Positions 8,801 to 17,283 are shown, counted from the first letter of the stretch. The stretch: 64,000 nt of DNA from Bacteroidota bacterium (GCA_033763735.1 JANRJY010000006.1:11477-75476); one strand, 5' to 3'. Notes: generated by a model from the sequence alone, not told the origin. Numbers and translations are program-made.

Positions 8801-10227
8801 TGGGTGTTGGAAACATTACTATTACCGCCAACCAAGTGGGCAATATCACTTACCTTGCCGCAACTCCAGTGAGTCAGGTGCTAACGGTATCTCCTTCCTC
8901 ACAAACAATTACGGGTTTTTCTTCTATATCAAATAAACCTTTTGGAAATGCAGCTTTTACGATTTTGGGGGTCATTGCTACCTCGGGGCTTACTATAACA
9001 TTCTCTGGAAGTAATCCTAATGTAGCAAAAATATTTGCCAATGGATTGGTTTCTTTGTCCGGTGTTGGTACAGTTACAATTACTGCTACCCAATTTGGCA
9101 ATTCTAATTATTTAGCTGCAACTCCTGTTAGTCAGGTACTTACTGTAATTCCTGGCCCACAAACTATCACAGGTTTTGATTCTAACTTTGCTCGAAATTA
9201 TGGCAGCACACCTTTTTCCATTTTGGGTGTATCTGCTACATCAGGTCTTCCTATTACATTTTCAGGAAATAATCCTTCTGTTGCTTTGGTTTCGAATAAT
9301 GGGGTTGTTTCTATAATGGGTGCTGGAAATGTTACAATTACAGCATATCAATTAGGAAATGCCAATTATTTACCTGCCATTCCTATAAGTCAAGTCCTCA
9401 CAATTACCAAAGCCTCCCAAACCATCACCGGTTTCACCATTCCTCCAAATGCTACACTTTTGGGTTCTGTATTATCTGTGTCAGGTAGTAGTTCTTCGGG
9501 CTTGCCATTGGTGTTTGTTTCAAGTAATCCTTCGGTGGTTTCCATTGTTGGGAATCAATTATTTACTTTAAACTCCGGTCAGGCAACGATATATGCTTAT
9601 AGTCCGGGTAACATTAACTATTTACCTTCCAATACTTTATCAGGTCTCATAATCATTCCATCCATCTCAACCACTTCCATCGTATTTACCAACAACGAAA
9701 CCGTAACTCTTTCAGGCACAAACAATATCCTTATTTGGCCAACATTAACAGGCAGTGTAAGTTATTGCATCCGAGTATCGTCAAGTACTGATTTTACAAC
9801 TGCTAAAACCATTTGTGGGTTAAGTTCACCTGAGTTTACGGTCAATTTATTGAATCCTGTGGGGCGTTCCGAGGGTCAAACGGTTCAAACATATTATTAT
9901 CAGGTATGTGCGGTGGATGCAACGGGCATCAAATCCAAATGGTCGGAAATACGCACTTTCGTGGTGGTTACCGAAACAGCCAATCCTACCAATTATTCCA
10001 ATGCCATCAAAGAAGCAACCTTTAAAATATATCCGAACCCCAACAACGGCACTTTTACAATAGCGACAGAGAAAACAAACGCTTCATATTCCATTACCAC
10101 AACTGATGGCAAAAAAGTGGAGCAAGGCATACTCAAAAAAGGTGCAAACTTATTTGAAAACAAACTTCCAAAAGGTGTGTATCTCATAACAGTGGGGGAT
10201 AAAACGGTTAAGTTGGTGGTTGAGTGA
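5836..10227 (+). CDS. T9SS-secreted surface protein: 14 delta-60/DUF5122-type beta-propeller repeats, 4 Ig-like repeats, type-A C-terminal sorting domain
   Basis: 14 copies of DGK(I/V)LIGG.F..YNG....IARLN.DGSLD..F. Four 86-aa QTITGF...VTITA.Q.GN.NYL modules. C-terminal KIYPNPNNGTFTI...GVYLITVGDKTVKLVVE (about 10015-10224) is a Por_Secre_tail-type CTD. Confidence 0.85.
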   Translation: MRKIYFPFSYFDQKLIFSFFFILFQFTISWAQTVVSSGITCTPNPYILTANGSITLTGTFLPLGSTNTATGIWATTLNGIATFNNSTGVLTANNTGNGVVYLRWSYGTGIPAILPVYIFNNDTSPCTQAGEIDRTVNPADIPYGTGANDVIFTIAPQSNGKVLIGGGFSVYNGITRNCIARLNEDGSLDGTFNPGLGASGSVPSVVYVVVMQSDGKILIGGNFTNYNGRPRKCIARLNADGSLDSTFKVGSGTNDVVYTLALQSDGKVLMGGKFTTYNGTTCNRIVRLMGDGTLDTLFKSGNGANGDVHAIVLQPDGKVYIGGNFTIYFNSNRNRIARLNTDGSLDTLFKSSNGTNGKIRAIAIQQDGKVLIGGDFNNYNSSDRNHIARLNTDGSLDATFIPGTAANNLILTLSLQTDGKVLIGGVFTSYNGSDMNRIARLKSNGSLDSIFNPGIGADNYVDALAIQADGKILIGGSFSNYNSIARNRVTRINTNGSLDAFFNPNTGANNYVFTLDIQPDEKILIGGYFTSVSGTSRNRIARLNKNGSNDTTFNPGKGIQYGSIWAVKHQLDGKILIGGNFTIYNGVLRNYIARLEHDGSIDSSFNLGLGPNSIIYDIAIQPDGKIIVGGAFSSYNGINCSAIARLNSDGTLDNTFIKGIIVNGRINSIAIQNDGKILIGGPFYTYQGILSKQIARLNLDGSLDISFNPGTGADWTVESLALQSDGKVLIGGWFESYNGIPKNRLVRLNSNGSLDSTFNLGTGPDRAVKAIAVQQDGKILIGGEFDNYNSITCNHITRLNKDGTFDISFKSGTGTNNYVNDIALQSNGKAWLAGDFTSYNQTGVNYVSCILGSGSGTITKVQPDMASINDTISIIGNNLSNVSSVLFPGNINAQYFIQSDYLITTTIPLGATTGLLTLSGSCGTFTCSNFFKIGLPQTINGFSTIIGQTFSSAPYTISGVSASSGLTVTFSGNNLAVASVLANGVISILGVGNITITANQVGNITYLAATPVSQVLTVSPSSQTITGFSSISNKPFGNAAFTILGVIATSGLTITFSGSNPNVAKIFANGLVSLSGVGTVTITATQFGNSNYLAATPVSQVLTVIPGPQTITGFDSNFARNYGSTPFSILGVSATSGLPITFSGNNPSVALVSNNGVVSIMGAGNVTITAYQLGNANYLPAIPISQVLTITKASQTITGFTIPPNATLLGSVLSVSGSSSSGLPLVFVSSNPSVVSIVGNQLFTLNSGQATIYAYSPGNINYLPSNTLSGLIIIPSISTTSIVFTNNETVTLSGTNNILIWPTLTGSVSYCIRVSSSTDFTTAKTICGLSSPEFTVNLLNPVGRSEGQTVQTYYYQVCAVDATGIKSKWSEIRTFVVVTETANPTNYSNAIKEATFKIYPNPNNGTFTIATEKTNASYSITTTDGKKVEQGILKKGANLFENKLPKGVYLITVGDKTVKLVVE
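6265..8385 (+). repeat. In-frame delta-60-type repeat array (14 units, ~50-52 aa each)
   Basis: Counted 14 (D/N)(G/E)K...GG.F cores in the translation. Confidence 0.8.
8641..9672 (+). repeat. Four tandem in-frame 258-nt (86-aa) Ig-like modules
   Basis: The CAA (Gln) of the QTI(T/N)GF motif falls at 8644, 8902, 9160 and 9418, an exact 258-nt spacing. Confidence 0.85.
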
Positions 10228-10278
10228 AAATTCACCACATAGAACACGAAGGGCACAGAGTTTTATTCTCTTTGTGTT

Positions 10279-10298
10279 TCTCCTTTATCTCTGTGGTA
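10279..10298. repeat. 20-bp direct repeat, left copy (TCTCCTTTATCTCTGTGGTA)
   Basis: Perfect 20-mer also present at 10787-10806. It extends to 25 nt with one mismatch. Lies in a block rich in CACAGAG/CTCTGTG heptamers. Confidence 0.9.
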
Positions 10299-10312
10299 GT
10301 TTAATTTGAGTT

Positions 10313-10684
10313 TCAAACAACCCAGCGGATGATGCCATCTTTCAAAAGTTTTACATTGAAATTGATTATCAACCCTACTTTTAAGTTTGCGAGTTTCAGA
10401 TAGGTCATTAACTGTGCCTTAGTAATTTCGGCCACTAATTCAACCGCCTTAATCTCAACGATAATTTTGTTTTCAACCAATAAGTCAATCCTATAACCAC
10501 AATCCATCCGTATGTCTTTATATATCAAAGGCATAGGGACTTGTTTTGAAACCAAAATGCCATTGGACTTAAGTTCGTAATACAAACATTCCTCATAAGC
10601 ACTTTCCAACAATCCGGGACCTAGTTCCCTGTGCACTTCAATAGCACAACCAATTATTTTGCTAGTAATATCGTTTTCTGTCAT
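10313..10684 (-). CDS. GxxExxY protein (PD-(D/E)XK-like small protein family)
   Basis: Contains the eponymous motif in GPGLLESAYEECL; 123 aa, typical size. Flanked on both sides by CACAGAG/CTCTGTG repeat blocks. Confidence 0.85.
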   Translation of the reverse strand: MTENDITSKIIGCAIEVHRELGPGLLESAYEECLYYELKSNGILVSKQVPMPLIYKDIRMDCGYRIDLLVENKIIVEIKAVELVAEITKAQLMTYLKLANLKVGLIINFNVKLLKDGIIRWVV

Positions 10685-10698
10685 ACTTAATAGATTTT

Positions 10699-10807
10699 AC
10701 CACGGAGAACACAGAGGACACAGAGAAAATTTCACCTCTGTGTATCTTAGTTATCTCTGTGGTAGCATTATTTTTATCTCTGTGTATCTCCTTTATCTCT
10801 GTGGTAT
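10699..10807. repeat. CACAGAG/CTCTGTG repeat block with hairpin, including the right 20-bp direct repeat
   Basis: CACAGAG at 10710-10716 and 10719-10725. Perfect 8-bp hairpin ACACAGAG (10718-10725) / CTCTGTGT (10736-10743). ATCTCTGTGGTA at 10753-10764 and 10795-10806. The 20-mer sits at 10787-10806. Confidence 0.85.
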
Positions 10808-10815
10808 TTAAATTT

Positions 10816-11313
10816 TTACCAATTAGCCGTGGTTTTTTGAAAAATATCCAATTCAAGCTTTTTAAAAATCTCCTCAATCAATCTTTCTTCCTGTGAAGTA
10901 TACGATTGACCTTGATCGAAATCATCATATTGCGAAAAAGTAGTATTGATATTTTGGGTACTGTCTTTAGTATTTACAAACTTAACTCTGATGCTTATTG
11001 TTAATCTGTTTTTGGCACCGGTTTCTTGTCCTGTAGGTGCCAAAGGAGTAAGTGCAAATCCTACAAATGCCCCTTCAAAAGTTAGGTCGCCATTACTTTT
11101 TACAGCACGCAAGGAGGTGTTGGATTGATAAAAATCTTTCATACGCTCTGTGAACTGCTGCGCCATTCGGGGTGGTCCTTGCCCAACTTCATTAACTATG
11201 TTTTCTATTTGAATAGTTTTGATATCCGGTGAAATAGACGAACCTGTGAAATTATATATACCACATGAATTTAACCCTAAAAGAATAAATAGGAAAATAA
11301 GTAGATTTTTCAT
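10816..11313 (-). CDS. LptE-like outer-membrane lipoprotein
   Basis: Lipobox LLGLNSCG, ~165 aa. Its position directly downstream of the sigma-54 activator matches the miaB / sigma-54 regulator / LptE-family arrangement I recall from Flavobacteriia. The sequence-level call is weak. Confidence 0.5.
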   Translation of the reverse strand: MKNLLIFLFILLGLNSCGIYNFTGSSISPDIKTIQIENIVNEVGQGPPRMAQQFTERMKDFYQSNTSLRAVKSNGDLTFEGAFVGFALTPLAPTGQETGAKNRLTISIRVKFVNTKDSTQNINTTFSQYDDFDQGQSYTSQEERLIEEIFKKLELDIFQKTTANW

Positions 11314-11315
11314 TT

Positions 11316-12596
11316 CTAAAGGTGCTCTAAATCATATTCTTTAAGTTTGCGATATAGGGTTCGTTCCGATATTCCTAACTCATCAGAAGCAGGTTTACGT
11401 TTGCCTTTATATTTTTTCAAAGCTTTGATTATTAACTCTTTTTCAATTTGTATCAGTGATAAGGATTCATTTTCCTCTTCATGGCTAATGTCTTCAATTT
11501 TGGGTTCATTTTCGTCAATATGCTGAAAAGTATCCCTTTTTTCAATGGTAGGTTCCATAAGCATAGGTCTGTTGATTTCTGCATCATTGTTCAAATTTTG
11601 GCTATATGTTCTGAACAATTCGGGGTGGGTATTGATAATTTGCTCCCCATTAGTGGGGTTTTTGACAAATTCCAAAAATAAACCTTTCAGTTCTGTAAAA
11701 TCGCGCTTAAGGTCAAACAAAACTTTAAAAAGTATGTCTCTTTCAGAGAAATTTTCAGATTGGTTGAACGAACCATTCCCTATTTTGGCAAGTGCTGAGG
11801 TTTGGTTAAAATCAGGCAAATATTTTACTAATGCTTCAGGTCCGCAATCTCTTTCTATTTCCAAAAGCGACATTTGATCCACAATGTTTTTGAGCTGACG
11901 TATATTGCCGGGAAAACGATATTTGGCAAGAACCACCTGTGCTTCTTTAGTTAGTTTGATAGGATCTATTCGATATTTTTCTGAAAAATCAGATGCAAAT
12001 TTCCTAAACAAGAGGTAAATATCCTCCCCTCTTTCACGTAAAGGAGGCACATTGATGGGAACGGTATTCAATCGATAATACAAATCTTCTCTAAACTTTT
12101 TTTCTTCTACGGCTCTTATCAAATTCACATTAGTAGCTGTAACTATACGTACATCCGTTTTTTGTACTTTAGATGAGCCCACTCGGATATATTCTCCATT
12201 TTCCAATATCCTTAGCAATCTTGCCTGCGTACCCATGGGCATCTCCCCTACTTCATCCAAAAAAATGGTTCCTCCATCTGTAACTTCAAAATAACCTTTA
12301 CGTGCATCAGAAGCGCCTGTAAATGAGCCTTTTTCATGCCCAAATAGTTCTGAATCAATAGTCCCTTCCGGTATGGCTCCGCAATTGACCGCTATAAATG
12401 GCCCATGCTTGCGACCACTAAGTTGGTGAATAATTTTGGAAAATGATTCCTTTCCGGTACCACTTTCTCCGGTAATTAAAACGGTCATGTTGGTAGCAGC
12501 CACTTGTGCCGCTACTTGAATAGCATAGTTTAGCTGGGCACTGTTGCCAATAATGCCAAACCGTTGTTTAATCGATTGAATTTCTTGAGTTGTCAA
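11316..12596 (-). CDS. Sigma-54-dependent transcriptional activator (AAA+ plus Fis-type HTH, no N-terminal sensor domain)
   Basis: Walker A GESGTGKE, sigma-54 contact loop as GSFTGA, Walker B FLDEVGEM, C-terminal HTH ELGISERTLYRKLKEY. Only ~25 aa precede the AAA+ core. The annotated start is TTG, overlapping the HepT stop (TTGA). Confidence 0.85.
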   Translation of the reverse strand: MTTQEIQSIKQRFGIIGNSAQLNYAIQVAAQVAATNMTVLITGESGTGKESFSKIIHQLSGRKHGPFIAVNCGAIPEGTIDSELFGHEKGSFTGASDARKGYFEVTDGGTIFLDEVGEMPMGTQARLLRILENGEYIRVGSSKVQKTDVRIVTATNVNLIRAVEEKKFREDLYYRLNTVPINVPPLRERGEDIYLLFRKFASDFSEKYRIDPIKLTKEAQVVLAKYRFPGNIRQLKNIVDQMSLLEIERDCGPEALVKYLPDFNQTSALAKIGNGSFNQSENFSERDILFKVLFDLKRDFTELKGLFLEFVKNPTNGEQIINTHPELFRTYSQNLNNDAEINRPMLMEPTIEKRDTFQHIDENEPKIEDISHEEENESLSLIQIEKELIIKALKKYKGKRKPASDELGISERTLYRKLKEYDLEHL

Positions 12597-13045
12597 TTAA
12601 ATAGTTGTGGGTTTGATTGAATGTAACTTGAAATATTTTTTATTTCAGATAATAGTACCGGAGTTAGTTCGAATACTTTTATATAAATTTTATCAATTTC
12701 ATCTGGGATATACTCATGTGCAATTTCGTTTCGTAAATCTCTAATTTCCAGCATTTTTATGTCGTTTTCTATAATGCCATATTTTGCTGATTTATTAATT
12801 CGGTCAATAACCAATTCTGAAGGCTCTTTCAAAATTATTAAAATTGAACGAAGTAATTTTTGTGTTATCAAATCGCTCATTCTTGCAAAACGTGCTGTAA
12901 GTGCTTCAATTTCAATTTTTTCATCTAAGTCATATTCATTTTTAATGCCAAATAAACAGGCTCTATCATATGATTCTTGTAATACTAAAGAAGCTTTTAG
13001 TACCAAGGAATGGATATCAGAAACTTCCTTTTTTAGAATACTCAT
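12593..13045 (-). CDS. HepT-like HEPN (DUF86) toxin
   Basis: R-x4-H-x-Y HEPN motif present as RNEIAHEY. ATGA overlap with the upstream nucleotidyltransferase gene. Confidence 0.7.
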   Translation of the reverse strand: MSILKKEVSDIHSLVLKASLVLQESYDRACLFGIKNEYDLDEKIEIEALTARFARMSDLITQKLLRSILIILKEPSELVIDRINKSAKYGIIENDIKMLEIRDLRNEIAHEYIPDEIDKIYIKVFELTPVLLSEIKNISSYIQSNPQLFN

Positions 13046-13332
13046 GATAATTTAATACTTGTACTTAAAGCTATTTCCTTAAAATTATTATCTTCTTCAA
13101 TAAAAAAACTTACCAAATCCAACTTTTGCTCACCAAATCGCTGCCAAAACTTATTTCTAACACTATTCAACTCTGTTTTTTCAAGCTTACGTGAGCCAAG
13201 TATCAATACATCAATATCTCCGCCTTTTTTTGTATCATCTGTTCTTGAACCAAATAAATACACCTGAGCATCAGGCAAAATAGAAACGAATTCTTTTACA
13301 AAAAAAGTGCGCATTTCTTCACTAATTCGCAT
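13042..13332 (-). CDS. MNT-type minimal nucleotidyltransferase antitoxin
   Basis: The GS-x(10)-DxD pattern (LFGSRTDDTKKGGDIDVLIL) is typical of the minimal nucleotidyltransferase fold. 96 aa, paired with HepT. Confidence 0.75.
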   Translation of the reverse strand: MRISEEMRTFFVKEFVSILPDAQVYLFGSRTDDTKKGGDIDVLILGSRKLEKTELNSVRNKFWQRFGEQKLDLVSFFIEEDNNFKEIALSTSIKLS

Positions 13333-13335
13333 ACC

Positions 13336-13869
13336 TTATTCACCAGCAATGGCTGCTTCTATTTTGTGCAGTTCAGGTGCACTATACGGGCCAACAGAAT
13401 GGTAGGTGTGATTTCCTTCTTTGTCAAATACAAACACATGCGCCTGATGTCTTTTTTTAAAATCAGGATCATCGGTATAAGGTTTGAGTGTGCCGCTATG
13501 CAACAATATATATGGATGCCAATCCTTATTAAAGTTTTTGCGTAGTTGTTTTTCAATTTCACCTTGAACAATATTTGTGAAACCAAAAAGCATAACAACG
13601 AGGTAAATATTGCAATCATAAGCGTCTACATTCAAAGGATTTTTCACCATAAATGTATTCCAAACAGGTTCCGCCCAAGTGATAAGACTTTCTTTTGATT
13701 TATCAGAAAAAGCCAAAAATAGCATGGATTCCTTTCCTTTGATATCTTCCGGAATGCGTATTTCCTTGCCATCCAGTGTTTTGGCTACTATGGGTTCAAA
13801 AGGAAGTTTTTTTTGCGCAAATGTGTTTATTGTGATTAGTAAAGTGATTATTGTTAGAGTTTTTTTCAT
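13336..13869 (-). CDS. Hypothetical secreted protein
   Basis: Signal peptide MKKTLTIITLLITINTFAQ. No motif recognised. Tightly packed between miaB and the MNT gene. Confidence 0.5.
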   Translation of the reverse strand: MKKTLTIITLLITINTFAQKKLPFEPIVAKTLDGKEIRIPEDIKGKESMLFLAFSDKSKESLITWAEPVWNTFMVKNPLNVDAYDCNIYLVVMLFGFTNIVQGEIEKQLRKNFNKDWHPYILLHSGTLKPYTDDPDFKKRHQAHVFVFDKEGNHTYHSVGPYSAPELHKIEAAIAGE

Positions 13870-13883
13870 TTTATTCGATTATT

Positions 13884-15308
13884 TTATTTTACTACTTTTC
13901 CTTTCAAAGTGGCAAACGAGCAATCATCTACCAACACATTCACATATTGCCCTTTTTCTATATCATCGGCAGGAAATATCACTACTTTATTAGCAGAGTT
14001 TCGCCCTTGCATAAATTCATTTGAACGTTTTGAAAATCCTTCCACCAACACTTCATGAACTTTTCCTAAGTCTTTCAAATTTCGTTGCATGCTTAATTGA
14101 TGTTGCAAATCAATTACTTCTTGAACTCTTCTTAGTTTTACAGCTTGAGGAATGTCATCTGTATATTTTTTAGCTGCCGGTGTATTGGGTCTTTCACTAT
14201 ATGCAAAGTAATACCCAAAATCAAATTGAGCATATTCCATGATAGATAGCGTTTCTTTATGTTCATCTTCCGTTTCTGTGCAAAATCCTGTAATAACATC
14301 AGTGGATAGACCACATTCTGTTCCTAAAATAGATCTTACGGCATCTATACGCTGCATATACCATTCTCTTGAATAGGTTCTATTCATCAATTCCAAAATG
14401 CGATTACTACCACTTTGAACCGGCAAATGAATATTTTTGCAAATATTGTGGTGCTTTTTCATTGTATACAATACCTCATCCGTAATATCTTTGGGGTGTG
14501 AAGTTGAAAATCGTACACGTAATAGTGGGTTAACCGAAGCCACTTTATCCAATAATTGTGCAAAATCAACAATCTCTTTTTCAGGGCTTTCCCACTTATA
14601 GCTGTCTACATTCTGACCCAATAAAGTTACTTCCCTGTAGCCCTGATTGAATAAATCTGTTGCTTCTTTAACAATTGAATCCACATCCCTGCTTCTTTCC
14701 CTACCTCTTGTGTAAGGTACCACACAAAACGAACACATATTATCACATCCGCGCATGATGGAAATAAATGCAGTAACGCCATTCGTATTTAATCGAACTG
14801 GTGTAATATCCGCATAGGTTTCATCTCTCGATAAAAACACATTTACAGCCTTTTGTCCATCTTCTGACTCAATCAATAAATTAGGTAAATCACGGTAAGC
14901 ATCAGGTCCGGCAACAATATCTACCATTTTTTCTTCTTCCAACAACTTGGTTTTGAGCCTTTCAGCCATACATCCAAGTATGCCTACAGTCATACCGGGT
15001 TTTCTGATTTTGGCGGAATTGATTTCTTTTAATCGGTTTCTTACTTTGGTTTCTGCATTTTCTCGAATGGAACATGTATTTAAGAAAACCACATCTGCTT
15101 CTTTATAATTGGAAGTGGTATCATATCCATTATCCATCATCACTGATGTAACTATCTCACTATCAGCAAAGTTCATCTGACAACCATAACTTTCGATATA
15201 CAGTTTTTTCTTTTTGCCCGTTGATGTATCTGCTGTTACTTTTTTATCGGCAGTTGTTTCTGAATGATTATAGTTTATTATAGGAATATCGGTAATTAAT
15301 TCGGCCAT
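13884..15308 (-). CDS. miaB: tRNA-2-methylthio-N6-dimethylallyladenosine synthase
   Basis: N-terminal UPF0004 Cys pattern (YGCQMN...NTCSIRE), radical-SAM CxxxCxxC as [13 protein letters not shown]-terminal TRAM-like domain; 474 aa. Confidence 0.9.
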   Translation of the reverse strand: MAELITDIPIINYNHSETTADKKVTADTSTGKKKKLYIESYGCQMNFADSEIVTSVMMDNGYDTTSNYKEADVVFLNTCSIRENAETKVRNRLKEINSAKIRKPGMTVGILGCMAERLKTKLLEEEKMVDIVAGPDAYRDLPNLLIESEDGQKAVNVFLSRDETYADITPVRLNTNGVTAFISIMRGCDNMCSFCVVPYTRGRERSRDVDSIVKEATDLFNQGYREVTLLGQNVDSYKWESPEKEIVDFAQLLDKVASVNPLLRVRFSTSHPKDITDEVLYTMKKHHNICKNIHLPVQSGSNRILELMNRTYSREWYMQRIDAVRSILGTECGLSTDVITGFCTETEDEHKETLSIMEYAQFDFGYYFAYSERPNTPAAKKYTDDIPQAVKLRRVQEVIDLQHQLSMQRNLKDLGKVHEVLVEGFSKRSNEFMQGRNSANKVVIFPADDIEKGQYVNVLVDDCSFATLKGKVVK

Positions 15309-15364
15309 TATTTTTTAATTCGAATACAAAAGTAAGGCTTTTTTATAGAATGACATAATGGCAG

Positions 15365-16567
15365 TTAAGGTTTTTGTTTCGTTGCCAAAATCCCAATTTT
15401 AATATTCTCAAAATCAGTGCATCCAAACAAATACAACTCCCCCCCATCTTTGAGTTTCATTTGTTTTTTTATTTCATCCACTGACCATGGGAAATTGAAA
15501 GTTTTTATATTCATTTTCAAGCCTTTGTATTTGGCATTTGCTTGATTATCACCCCATTTGAACACATCCTGTATCTCATAAATATTTCCTGGAAAATCCA
15601 TTTTCAATTCATTAGAAGTGTACAAATGGGTATTTGATGCCATTTTCAATATATCATATCGACTTGAAATAATATTAAATGCACCGGATTTCATTACAGA
15701 AGCATTGGGTTCGTATAACCATTTCGAATGAAATCCAAAAATTGCCAAGGCTTCACTTTCTTCTGCTTTCGTAAATGTAAATTGTTCCAGATAATTTTCT
15801 GATTTGATGTTAATCGCTATAATCAAAGGCTCATGATTATAGTCAAGTTCCTGAATATAAATCACCTCTTTACACTCATTTTTAACAGAAACAATGTGAA
15901 CTTCTTTTACAAATTGCAATTCACTTATTGCTGCTGAGATATCAAGCATCGGTGATGCTTTAATCATTATTCTTTTAGATTTTGAAAAAAATAATTCCTG
16001 ATTTAGTACCACATTCGGAACGCAATCATTTAACGAAACCATTTTACGGTTAATAATATCTCTTCTTGCTGGATCAATGTATATTAAATCATATATGGTT
16101 TTATTGGCTTTCAAAAAATCAATGCCATCTTGATTTGTAGTTTGAATATTTTTAGTTCCTAAAACCATGAAATTGTTAACTGCAATTTCAAACAATTCTT
16201 TATTCTGTTCAATATAAGTAACTGACCTGCAATTCTTTGAAAAATAAAACGTATCAACACCTAAACCTCCTGTTATATCAATTATTGAAGAAACATTTAA
16301 AATTTCACTTTTGTATTTGGCCGTTAACTCCGAAGAACTTTGCTCCAAATTGAGTTTTGCAGGGAAAATAATTTTATTATTATTTGACCAAGATGGAAGT
16401 TTATTTTTAATCCGTTGATATCCATCAATTTGCTCAAGGATAAACTTTATTGGCAAATCTTTTCTGTGGGAAAAAGTAAGGGCCAGCTCTTGTACTGACC
16501 CATTTTTGTGTTTGTGAATAAATTCCTGAACTTCTTTTGTAAATATTTTTACAAGTCCAGTTTCCAC
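15365..16567 (-). CDS. Class I SAM-dependent methyltransferase
   Basis: Motif I IDITGGLGVDTFYF and post-I IYIDPARR. GTG start as drawn. Substrate unknown. Confidence 0.6.
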   Translation of the reverse strand: METGLVKIFTKEVQEFIHKHKNGSVQELALTFSHRKDLPIKFILEQIDGYQRIKNKLPSWSNNNKIIFPAKLNLEQSSSELTAKYKSEILNVSSIIDITGGLGVDTFYFSKNCRSVTYIEQNKELFEIAVNNFMVLGTKNIQTTNQDGIDFLKANKTIYDLIYIDPARRDIINRKMVSLNDCVPNVVLNQELFFSKSKRIMIKASPMLDISAAISELQFVKEVHIVSVKNECKEVIYIQELDYNHEPLIIAINIKSENYLEQFTFTKAEESEALAIFGFHSKWLYEPNASVMKSGAFNIISSRYDILKMASNTHLYTSNELKMDFPGNIYEIQDVFKWGDNQANAKYKGLKMNIKTFNFPWSVDEIKKQMKLKDGGELYLFGCTDFENIKIGILATKQKP

Positions 16568-16570
16568 TTG

Positions 16571-17113
16571 TTATTGAGCAGGTGTTTCTAAAACCGTTTT
16601 TAATTTGGCCAATCCCTTTTCGTAATCTTTGCCTATCATTGCATCCATGTTCATCAATTTTCCCATCACATTAAACGGGATTGGATTTTCGCCTTTCATG
16701 CCCCACACTATAGTAACACTCGATGTATCTGGGGAAGTAAAAGTAAAATAAGAAGTGGCTACTGATTGAAAAGGTTCAATAAAAGTCAATTTTTCCTCAA
16801 TCAAATTATCTGAGATATTAACAATTTCCATTGAACCGGAACCTACTTTATCGTTTCCTTTCCATGAATATTTTGAGCCAACAGCACCTGGAGTTCCTTC
16901 ATAATTTTTAGACATATTTGGGTCAAGCTCAGCCCAAGGGGAATATTGATCAAAGTTTTTAAAATCAAGCAAATATGCTTTTGCATTATCCTTTTTAGTA
17001 TTGATTACAATACTTCTTTCAATATTATATGATTTAGGAATAATAAGAGCTGCAACAAAAAACAAAAGAATAATACCTCCTACTACAATTCCAATTATTT
17101 TTAAAATTTTCAT
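16571..17113 (-). CDS. Membrane-anchored SRPBCC (START/polyketide-cyclase-like) domain protein
   Basis: N-terminal TM helix, then ~150 aa with a composition and length resembling SRPBCC proteins. Weak call. Confidence 0.45.
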   Translation of the reverse strand: MKILKIIGIVVGGIILLFFVAALIIPKSYNIERSIVINTKKDNAKAYLLDFKNFDQYSPWAELDPNMSKNYEGTPGAVGSKYSWKGNDKVGSGSMEIVNISDNLIEEKLTFIEPFQSVATSYFTFTSPDTSSVTIVWGMKGENPIPFNVMGKLMNMDAMIGKDYEKGLAKLKTVLETPAQ

Positions 17114-17283
17114 AACTATATATTTAAGGTTTAATTATAGAATGCAATATTTTAAAAAAAAAAGAAAATTCAAATTTTAACCGTTTAATTTTATGTTAAC
17201 TCTTACAATGAAATAAAAAATTCACTAATAGTTTTATTTATTTGAATCTTTTATAATTTCGAACCCATCAATCCACAAAATAT

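Noticed and set aside
10662-10877. 71-aa minus-strand ORF with repeated TEI(K/T)(E/K)IHR(D/G) peptide
   Set aside because: The periodic peptide is simply the translation of the CTCTGTG/ATCTCTGTGGTA DNA repeats, and the ORF overlaps the end of the lptE-like gene. I treat it as non-coding repeat DNA.
11013-11028. Possible sigma-54 promoter (TGGCAC at 11013-11018)
   Set aside because: The downstream element reads TCTT where TTGC is required, and it lies on the plus strand, antisense inside the lptE-like gene. The other TGGCAC strings I spotted (around 2656, 6265, 7037 and 8113) also lack a correctly spaced TTGC and are intragenic.
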